Positions 25,654 to 32,000 of a stretch of 32,000 nt of DNA are shown in pieces. A model generated the notes under the pieces. The model did not search any database and was not told the DNA's origin. It saw nothing but the letters and a program-made list of their open reading frames with translations. Source of the stretch: Candidatus Saccharimonadota bacterium. GTDB taxonomy: Archaea; Nanobdellota; Nanobdellia; Pacearchaeales; GW2011-AR1. Positions within the stretch are counted from its first letter, which is position 1. Every line of letters begins with the position of its first letter. A program made the translations under genes and the position numbers. The DNA is taken from assembly GCA_041659445.1 (NCBI GenBank), contig JBAZYG010000001.1:210001-242000 (forward strand), given 5' to 3'.

Positions 25654-26784
25654 TTATTTCTTACTTATTGTTAATATCTTTTGTTTTCCGGTTTTCATGT
25701 CTTTGATTAAAAACTTTTTTTGCTGAACTTCTTTTGTTCCAACAAAAATTACTTTTTTTATTCCATAAGAATTTGCATATTGAAGTGCCTTGCTTGGGTT
25801 TCCAAAATAAACACTTGCATTTTTTCCAGATTTTCTTAATTTATTCGCAAGTTCAATTGCTTTTTTGTCTTGATCTAAGGAAACTATTAAAATTCTTTCT
25901 AAATTTATTAAAATGTTTGTTACAACCATTAATCTTTCTATTGAAAATGAAATTCCTGTTGATTGAATTCCATTAACATTATAAGTTCCACCTGCAGAAA
26001 TTGTTTCTTTTATATCTGATTTTATTTCAAAAACATTTCCTGTATAATAAGAAAGTCCTCTTGCAAGTGTTGGTTGAAAAATGATTTCAATTCCATAATA
26101 TTTACAATATTCTTTTAATTCCTGAATTTCTTTATAACTTGAATATTTTTTAAAAAATTCTGGTTTGTTTTTTACAATTTCTAACAAAGATTCAGCATTG
26201 ATTAATTTTAAATTTTCTCTAACTTCTTTTTCAGGAAGTTTGTCTAATTTATCAATTTCTCTTATTGCTTGTTCTTTTAATTTTATTTTTTGTTCTTCTA
26301 AAATTTCATTTAATAATTTTCTGTTATTTATATAAATCTTGAATTTTATTTTTAATGCATTAAAAATTTCACTTACTGCAGATAGAATTTCTGCTTCATC
26401 TTTTATTGTTGCTCCAACTGTGTCAATATCACATTGTGTGAATTGTCTTAATCTATTTCCTGAAACAGGTTCATCTCTGAAAACAGGACCAATTTGAAAT
26501 CTTTTGAAAGGAAGTTTTTGATTTTGTGAAGTTCTTTTTAATTGAAATGTAAATTCATATCTTAATGCTAAATTTCTGTTTCCTTTGTCTTTTAATTTGA
26601 AAATATCTGAAACTGCTTCATCGTTTGAATTTTCTCCTTTTACAAATTCTTCATATTCTATTAATGGAGTTTCTATTTCTTGAAAGTTATATTTTTCAAA
26701 AGTTTGTCGTGCAACTTCTCGTATTAACGCAGCTTTTTCTGCTTCTTGCCCTAATTTATCTTTGAATCCTTTTACTGTTTCCAT
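25654..26784 (-). CDS. hisS: histidine--tRNA ligase (compact, 376 aa)
   Basis: Class II core: VKGFKD, LRYEFT, FQIGPVFRDEP..GR.RQFTQCDID. The C-terminal anticodon-binding-type domain shows ILIVSLD...A.ELANKLR. Confidence 0.9.
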   Translation of the reverse strand: METVKGFKDKLGQEAEKAALIREVARQTFEKYNFQEIETPLIEYEEFVKGENSNDEAVSDIFKLKDKGNRNLALRYEFTFQLKRTSQNQKLPFKRFQIGPVFRDEPVSGNRLRQFTQCDIDTVGATIKDEAEILSAVSEIFNALKIKFKIYINNRKLLNEILEEQKIKLKEQAIREIDKLDKLPEKEVRENLKLINAESLLEIVKNKPEFFKKYSSYKEIQELKEYCKYYGIEIIFQPTLARGLSYYTGNVFEIKSDIKETISAGGTYNVNGIQSTGISFSIERLMVVTNILINLERILIVSLDQDKKAIELANKLRKSGKNASVYFGNPSKALQYANSYGIKKVIFVGTKEVQQKKFLIKDMKTGKQKILTISKK

Positions 26785-27209
26785 TTTAATTTTTTATTTG
26801 TTTTATTCTGTTTGAATATTTTTGAGACTTCTTCCTTTGCGATATAAGAAATAAAATAAATAAGAAATGCAGAAAATATAAGAGCAAGTCTTAAATTTAG
26901 ATTATAGGGAACAAAGAGCCCTAATACCAATAATCCTCCAGATATTAAACTTAAGAAATCCATTAAAAATATCCAAAATATTTCTTTAATTCTTTTAGAA
27001 AAAAATATAAAAATTCCAAATAATATCAACCCTATAGACATAAACCAAAGTATAAATGGTTTTATTTGCTGGTTTGCATTTTCTATTAAGCTTAATCCTT
27101 GTTTTGTAAAGTTAGTATTATTAATTAAAAAGAAATATCCTGCAGTAACAACTAATAAGAAAGATACTACCAATAAAGATATTATTAGATATGTTTTTTT
27201 CTTTTCCAT
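26772..27209 (-). CDS. polytopic membrane protein (145 aa)
   Basis: Four hydrophobic segments. It overlaps the hisS start by 13 nt. Confidence 0.55.
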   Translation of the reverse strand: MEKKKTYLIISLLVVSFLLVVTAGYFFLINNTNFTKQGLSLIENANQQIKPFILWFMSIGLILFGIFIFFSKRIKEIFWIFLMDFLSLISGGLLVLGLFVPYNLNLRLALIFSAFLIYFISYIAKEEVSKIFKQNKTNKKLKWKQ

Positions 27210-27215
27210 TTTATT

Positions 27216-27686
27216 TTATAACTCCCTTCGCATTACGATTGTTACTGGAGTAAATCCAAATTTTTTAAGGTTGGATATTGAACACTTATTTTTTATATAA
27301 GATCCCGCTTCAATAATTTTTATTTTTTTAGATTTTGTCCATTTTAATCTTTCTTTTATCAATTTTTTACCAATTCCTTTTCCTTGAAATTCTTTTTTAA
27401 TGTATAACATGGTGAATTTTCCTTCTTTGTTTTTGTCAATTTTCGCATTAGCAAAACCAATAATTTCTCTATTAATTTCTGCAACCAAATAACAATTATT
27501 TTTAGAATTAACGTCTTTTTTAAATTCTTTAATTCTATCCTCTTTCCATTTATTAACTTCTTTGATTATGCTTGATTTAGTTCTTTCTGGAAATTGAAGT
27601 TTTACTTCATCAATACTAGCTTCAAAATATATATCACTTATTTCTTTCCAATCATCTTTTTTAGCTTTTCTTATTTTAATTTTCAT
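27216..27686 (-). CDS. GNAT family N-acetyltransferase
   Basis: The acetyl-CoA motif A, QGKGIGKKLI, sits in a 156-aa GNAT-like layout. Confidence 0.85.
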   Translation of the reverse strand: MKIKIRKAKKDDWKEISDIYFEASIDEVKLQFPERTKSSIIKEVNKWKEDRIKEFKKDVNSKNNCYLVAEINREIIGFANAKIDKNKEGKFTMLYIKKEFQGKGIGKKLIKERLKWTKSKKIKIIEAGSYIKNKCSISNLKKFGFTPVTIVMRREL

Positions 27687-27692
27687 TTTATT

Positions 27693-27703
27693 TTAAGGGC
27701 GAA
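27693..27703 (-). repeat. exact 11-nt copy (plus strand ttaagggcgaa) of the tRNA-His 3' end and trailer at 27749-27759
   Basis: Direct repeat read from the sequence, offset 56 nt. It lies 6 nt upstream of the GNAT ATG. Confidence 0.9.
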
Positions 27704-27753
27704 CTGAAATTTTTATTTCGTTTGTCTTCTTAACTTTACTTGAAGTTGTTAAG

Positions 27754-27883
27754 GGCGAAAGGGGGGAATCGAACCCCCTTTTCACGGAATTCGCGAGCTC
27801 GCTCGCGTTATTGGGACAAATATTGTCTCTCGCAAACATCGCTCTCCACAACCGTACGTCATAGCCATTAGACCACATTCGCC
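27754..27883 (-). tRNA. tRNA-His (anticodon GUG) with a ~57-nt anticodon-loop intron and a genomically encoded G-1
   Basis: Hand fold. G-1 pairs with C73. The acceptor GCGAATG/CTTTCGC has one U-U mismatch. D arm GTC-TAATGGCTAT-GAC. The anticodon stem is TACGG...CCGTG with loop TTGTGG interrupted by about 27788-27845. T arm GGGGG-TTCGATT-CCCCC. Confidence 0.82.
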
Positions 27884-28000
27884 ATGGTAAGACACCTAAG
27901 GTTTCTTGACCGTCAACTTCCCTTTTGACACTGAATGGCGATTTCTTTAATTGCCTCTGATTGAAATCGCAAACTTCAAAATTGAAACCAAGGCAGTCCA
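27884..28000 (-). ncRNA. candidate structured 5' leader or co-transcribed small RNA upstream of tRNA-His
   Basis: On the minus strand, TATA-like TTATAAAT (28022-28029) predicts a start near 28000. About 115 nt of relatively GC-rich sequence follows, containing the hairpins GCGATTTC-17nt-GAAATCGC and GTCAA-8nt-TTGAC and a possible enclosing GGTTTC/GAAACC helix. The only ORF here is a spurious one that also runs through the tRNA. Confidence 0.3.
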
Positions 28001-28064
28001 TATTTAATTCAGGAAAGAATAATTTATAAGTCTTGTTAGAATTTGAGAAATTAAAATTAAAGTT

Positions 28065-28091
28065 ATCACTAATAAAAATATTTCTAGTGAT
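28065..28091 (-). terminator. hairpin ATCACTA-13nt-TAGTGAT with a T-rich loop, downstream of dph2
   Basis: A 7-bp inverted repeat read from the sequence. A terminator function is inference only. Confidence 0.3.
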
Positions 28092-28154
28092 GGGGATAAC
28101 TCCAATTATTTATCATAAAAATAAGATTATATTTGGGTTTTTAAAGATTTCGAA

Positions 28155-29141
28155 TTAAATCATTCCAATCTTCAGCATTTCTTCTAGAGATTTTTCGCCA
28201 ATAGCAACTAATGCTTCTTTAAATGTTACAATTGGTTTTGGAAATTTTGCAAAATCATCAATTGCAATTCTCGGGCATGCAAGTTCAATAAAGCAATCAA
28301 TATAATAAAAATTCATTAATTTGTCGGGAGTGAGTTCATTCATTGTAATTAATAAAACATTTTTTCCTTGTTGTTTTAATTTTTTTATCAGAATTTCAGG
28401 AGTTCCAAATTTTTGTCCCAACTTTGTTTCAGTAATTATTCCAACATTTTTTGCATTTTTTAATTTTTCAATTGAGATTATTCTTTGTCTCAAAATTTTC
28501 TCTCGAGTGTTTTTCATGTCTTTTATTTCATCATTATAAACATCAATTAAAAAAACAGGTTTTTCCACGCTTAAGACTGCACCCATTGAATGAAAATTGT
28601 TTCCAAGAATAATAAAACATTCTACTTTATTTTCAATTGCTTTTAATCCAGAATATTGACAACCAACAATATGTCCTTCATAAGCTACATTTCCTTTTTT
28701 TTCTGATAATAAAACTTTTTTATTATTTTGTTCATAGAATTTTATTACATTTTTTATGTCTTGTTTGTGTTGTATAGAATAGCTTAATCCAATGTTTTTG
28801 AAATTTTTTAAAAACTTTAGAGATTTTTCTAATAATGGTTTTAGGTTTAATTCATCTTTAACTTCAATATAAAGGACAGGAAAATTTACTTTAATAAATT
28901 CAGTGTGTCCAAAATGAACAATTAAATCTGCATTTATTGATTTTGCTTCTTCAACAGAAACAGAACAACCACCCCAGCAAGTTTCTCCTGAGAAAACAGA
29001 TTCAATTTTTAAATCTTCGAATATTTTCGAAATTTCAAATGCATTTTGTTTTATACCTTCTGGTAATTGAACTAAAACTTTTTTCGGTTTTATTTTTTTT
29101 AGTTCTTTTATTAAATATTCTATTTCAAAGTTTAATACCAT
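28155..29141 (-). CDS. dph2: 2-(3-amino-3-carboxypropyl)histidine synthase Dph2
   Basis: 328 aa. The N-terminus reads KKVLVQLPEGIKQNAFEI. Three spaced Cys contexts (CWGGCSV, VGCQYSG, ACPRIAIDD) match the archaeal Dph2 layout. Confidence 0.85.
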   Translation of the reverse strand: MVLNFEIEYLIKELKKIKPKKVLVQLPEGIKQNAFEISKIFEDLKIESVFSGETCWGGCSVSVEEAKSINADLIVHFGHTEFIKVNFPVLYIEVKDELNLKPLLEKSLKFLKNFKNIGLSYSIQHKQDIKNVIKFYEQNNKKVLLSEKKGNVAYEGHIVGCQYSGLKAIENKVECFIILGNNFHSMGAVLSVEKPVFLIDVYNDEIKDMKNTREKILRQRIISIEKLKNAKNVGIITETKLGQKFGTPEILIKKLKQQGKNVLLITMNELTPDKLMNFYYIDCFIELACPRIAIDDFAKFPKPIVTFKEALVAIGEKSLEEMLKIGMI

Positions 29142-29165
29142 AATATTCTAGAGAAATTGGGAGTT

Positions 29166-29534
29166 TTAAGGTTTTTGATTTTCTTTAAAATATTGGTTTA
29201 AATAATAGAAAAGACTTTCAGATTCTAATTTTGCAAAAAACGTTGTTGCACCTTCAATATAAGTTTTCCAAGCAGAAAAAATAATTATTGGTTTTTTTGG
29301 GTTTTTCTTTAAAGAAACTCTTGCTACTAAATCTGAGCCTTTTTCATTAACATCTTTTCCATACATATTCGTGTCTAAAATCATTGCATCATATTCTAAA
29401 CCTTTATTTATTTTAGAAACCGCCAAATCTGCATTATTAATTTCTATTGTTTCATATCCAATTTTTTTTAATTTATTTGAGATTTCTTCAATCCAATATT
29501 CTTCATTATCAACAATTAAAATTGTTTTTTTCAT
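29166..29534 (-). CDS. single-domain response regulator (receiver only)
   Basis: TILIVDNEE, DAMILDTNM (phospho-acceptor Asp), PIIIFSA and GATTFFAK. Confidence 0.8.
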   Translation of the reverse strand: MKKTILIVDNEEYWIEEISNKLKKIGYETIEINNADLAVSKINKGLEYDAMILDTNMYGKDVNEKGSDLVARVSLKKNPKKPIIIFSAWKTYIEGATTFFAKLESESLFYYLNQYFKENQKP

Positions 29535-29576
29535 AAATTTCTTATTTTTATAATCTTTTTAAATATTTATATAATA

Positions 29577-29596
29577 ACTTCAATCTTATTTGAAGT
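29577..29596. promoter_or_regulatory. 7-bp inverted repeat ACTTCAA-6nt-TTGAAGT in a divergent promoter region
   Basis: Read from the sequence. It ends about 11 nt upstream of the TATA-like TTTTATAAAT, which sits about 26 nt before the ATG at 29636. Confidence 0.35.
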
Positions 29597-29635
29597 CTTA
29601 AAATGTTTTATAAATACATTTGATTAATAATTAGA

Positions 29636-30220
29636 ATGGTTGAAGAAAAATTTTTAATGGTTTCAATGGATGACCCGAAATCCAAGAAAATTGCAGAAGT
29701 TTTAGGAAGCGAAAGCTGCAAGAAAATCATAGATTATTTAGCAGATAAAGACGAGGCTAGTGCCAAAGATTTGTCTGATGCTTTGAAAATGCCCTTGAAT
29801 ACCCTTGATTATAATTTAAAGAAACTTTTAAGTTCAGGAATTTTGGAAAAGAAAAATAATTTTTTCTGGAGTTCAAAAGGAAAAAAAATTGTAATGTATG
29901 GTTTGTCAAATAAATCAATACTCATTTCTCCAAAAAAATCCAAGTTAAATTCAAAAATAAAATCAATAATTCCTGTTGCTTTTGTTGCAGGTTTAGGAAC
30001 AATTTTAGTTGGAATTTTTTCATCTTTTAAAAGAGGAGTTCAAAATTCAATTGATGTTTCTAAAGACGCTGTTTTAAAAACTTCTTCTGAAAGTTCAGGA
30101 ATAATTTCTCAAAATTCTCCTTTTTATATTTCTTCAACTTATCCTGCATGGATTTGGTTTTTGTCAGGAGCAGTAATTGTATTATTAATATTCTCAATTT
30201 TAAATTGGAGAAAACTTTGA
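29636..30220 (+). CDS. membrane-anchored winged-HTH (ArsR-type) protein
   Basis: The N-terminal CKKIIDYLADKDEASAKDLSDALKMPLNTLDYNLKKLLSSGILEK is wHTH-like. There are two C-terminal hydrophobic helices. Confidence 0.72.
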   Translation: MVEEKFLMVSMDDPKSKKIAEVLGSESCKKIIDYLADKDEASAKDLSDALKMPLNTLDYNLKKLLSSGILEKKNNFFWSSKGKKIVMYGLSNKSILISPKKSKLNSKIKSIIPVAFVAGLGTILVGIFSSFKRGVQNSIDVSKDAVLKTSSESSGIISQNSPFYISSTYPAWIWFLSGAVIVLLIFSILNWRKL

Positions 30221-30231
30221 AAGGAGGTAAA

Positions 30232-30966
30232 ATGTCAAATAAAAACAATTCAATTGCAATAACTGCAATAATTTCTGGAGTTATTTTAGTGATAGCTTTG
30301 GTTTTTGCTTTTTCAGGATTTGCTTCTGGAAAGAAAGTAGAAGTTCAAGGAACATCGACTGTTAATGCTGTTCCAGATTTAGTAAGCATTTATTTTAATG
30401 TTGAAACAAAAGGTGCAACAGGAACAGAAGCACGAGACAAAAACGAAAACATCACAAACAATTTGAAAAATTCTTTAATAGATTTGGGATTTGATGAAGA
30501 AAGAATTACTACTGAAAATTTGAATATATATGAAGAATATACTTGGGTTAATGATAAAAGAATTAGTCAAGGATATGTAGCAGTACATTCTTTGAAACTT
30601 GAAATGTCTGTTGATGAATTTGATCAAATTGGAGGAGTAATTGATGCAGGTGTGAATTCTGGTGCAAATATTAATTATATAAATTTTGAATTAAGTACAG
30701 AACTTCAAAATCAATATAAGGCCGAGGCTATGAAATTAGCTGCGCAAGATGCACGAATAAAAGCTGAATCAGTTGCGTCAGGGTTTAATAAAAAAGTAGG
30801 AAGACTAGTCTCAGTTCAAGTTGTGGATTTTAATTATTATCCTTGGATAGCTTATTCAAATGATGTAGGAGCAAGTGCTGAGTCAGTTAAATCTTCTGTT
30901 GCGTCTATAACACCTGAAGAAAGAGAAATAACTTCAACTGTTAACGCAGTATATAGAATAAGATAA
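30232..30966 (+). CDS. SIMPL/DUF541 family secreted or membrane-anchored protein
   Basis: An SD (AAGGAGG) lies upstream of the ATG at 30232. There is an N-terminal TM helix. VPDLVSIYFNVETKG...A.DKNENI follows the DUF541 pattern. The track start at 30148 was rejected. Confidence 0.72.
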   Translation: MSNKNNSIAITAIISGVILVIALVFAFSGFASGKKVEVQGTSTVNAVPDLVSIYFNVETKGATGTEARDKNENITNNLKNSLIDLGFDEERITTENLNIYEEYTWVNDKRISQGYVAVHSLKLEMSVDEFDQIGGVIDAGVNSGANINYINFELSTELQNQYKAEAMKLAAQDARIKAESVASGFNKKVGRLVSVQVVDFNYYPWIAYSNDVGASAESVKSSVASITPEEREITSTVNAVYRIR

Positions 30967-31161
30967 ATTCATTTTTCTTTTTTTATTATCTTATTTTTGT
31001 TATTTTAATTTAGAAAAATTTTTAATGAGAGAATTATTTAGTTAATTATGAAAATTAAAGTTTGTGCACTTATCAGATAGAATAATAAAATTTTAATATT
31101 AAAAAGAAGTAAGTTTGATTCTGATTAATCTTAAAAAAATTAAAAAAAATAAAAAATAAAA

Positions 31162-31908
31162 TTATTTTAGTGCTTGAAGGATTTGGGTTTTTGATGCTGA
31201 AACTTGTTGTCCATTCACGAAGAATGAGGGAGTTCCAGAAACAAATTGAGATGCAACACTTGCTACTTCTTGAACATCTGAAAGAGTTTCATCATTATCT
31301 AGACAATTGTTAAACTTATTTGTATCTAGTCCTTGAATATTTGAAGCCATTTGTTTTAAGTTTTCTTTTGAAAACTTTCCATTGTTTTCTTTTCCGTCGT
31401 GGGCACTAAAAATTAAATCATGCATTTCCCAAAATTTTCCTTGTTGGTTTGCACAAAGTCCTGCTTCTGCAGCATAAACTGATTCTTGTCCTAAGAAACT
31501 CATTGGAACATAAATAAATCTTAATTCTCCTGCCTTGGCTTTTTCTTGAAGCATTTCTGAACTACCGAACAACTCGCTATATTGTGTTTCATATTGTTTT
31601 GCAAAATCTGGAAGTCCAGACGATATTGCACAATAAGGACATTGGAAATCTGAAAATTCAATAACTACATTTTCACTATTTTTGGGTCCAATTGAGGGGT
31701 AAATTTCAGAATTTTCTAAAAACACATTCATATTGACTTCTTCAACAACTTCATTATTTATATTTTCAATAGATTTGTTTGTGATGTTTGCACGAACTAA
31801 GAAAATTACTAAAATTATAACAGCAATCGCTAAAATAAAAGTAGCATATTTCCACAAACTTCTTTTTTCTATATTTATTGAATCTTTACTTTTTTTTGTT
31901 TCGTCCAT
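31162..31908 (-). CDS. membrane-anchored DsbA-like thiol:disulfide oxidoreductase
   Basis: N-terminal TM helix, CPYC active site (FSDFQCPYCA), C-terminal GTPSFFVNG, and an SD (AAAGGAGG) upstream. Confidence 0.82.
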   Translation of the reverse strand: MDETKKSKDSINIEKRSLWKYATFILAIAVIILVIFLVRANITNKSIENINNEVVEEVNMNVFLENSEIYPSIGPKNSENVVIEFSDFQCPYCAISSGLPDFAKQYETQYSELFGSSEMLQEKAKAGELRFIYVPMSFLGQESVYAAEAGLCANQQGKFWEMHDLIFSAHDGKENNGKFSKENLKQMASNIQGLDTNKFNNCLDNDETLSDVQEVASVASQFVSGTPSFFVNGQQVSASKTQILQALK

Positions 31909-32000
31909 TTTTTCCTCCTTTCATTTGTATGAAAATAAATAATATTTTTTATTTATGTTTTAAATTTTTTTGATATTATATTTGCTTTGGAGAAACTAGT

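Noticed and set aside
27788-28000. Box C/D or H/ACA guide RNA in the tRNA-His intron or leader
   Set aside because: I looked for RUGAUGA/CUGA and ACA-box arrangements on both strands and found none in a consistent order.
27693-28001. 102-aa ORF on the minus strand (MDCLGFNFEV...)
   Set aside because: It runs straight through tRNA-His, its intron and the structured leader. The open frame is explained by local GC-richness, so it is not a credible CDS.
30148-30231. N-terminal extension of the SIMPL protein
   Set aside because: It overlaps the wHTH gene end. A strong AAGGAGG SD precedes the ATG at 30232.
22174-31942. Other shadow ORFs in this range (22174-22464 -, 23723-24073 +, 25734-25976 +, 28321-28539 +, 28937-29143 +, 29371-29553 +, 30060-30248 -, 31733-31942 +), plus 17260-17466 - and 2975-3169 - outside it
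   Set aside because: Each lies antisense to, or frame-shifted within, a better-supported gene and has a low-complexity translation.

Overview
This window is a visibly AT-rich (about 30% G+C by eye, not computed), tightly packed archaeal chromosome segment. It looks like a small-genome, DPANN-like lineage. That lineage call is an inference from archaea-specific markers: Kae1, the L7Ae-S28e-L24e and Rpo7-Spt4-S24e-S27ae clusters, Dph2 and Dph6, an intron-containing tRNA, and TATA boxes about 26 nt upstream of many ATGs. Recognisable content: kae1; two ribosomal/RNAP operons; gyrB and gyrA; a copper-export cluster (Met-rich membrane protein, cupredoxin-like protein, CopZ, CopA); tRNA-Trp(CCA); a PIN-like plus UPF0175-like pair; an Fcf1-type PIN; ScpA; a diadenylate cyclase; Dph6; YbaK; HisRS; a GNAT; tRNA-His(GUG) with a ~57-nt intron; Dph2; a receiver domain; a membrane-anchored wHTH regulator; SIMPL/DUF541; and a DsbA-like oxidoreductase. 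About 20 small ORFs have no family I can recognise. I saw no rRNA, CRISPR array, transposase or integrase. The observations most worth follow-up are these. (1) Three tightly coupled orphan genes (zinc ribbon, 137 aa, and an 85-aa protein that is ~44% Asp/Glu) sit between gyrB and gyrA. (2) Both tRNA genes are followed 55-56 nt downstream by an exact 11-12 nt copy of their own 3' end, and the spacers share motifs. (3) A structured ~115-nt ORF-free leader precedes tRNA-His, which heads a co-directional gene string ending in hisS. (4) Orphan ORFs are wedged into two otherwise conserved ribosomal operons. (5) A GC-rich 53-nt hairpin lies at 21780-21832. (6) The diadenylate cyclase has C-terminal rather than N-terminal membrane anchoring. 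All family assignments are from motif recognition by eye. No database search was run.
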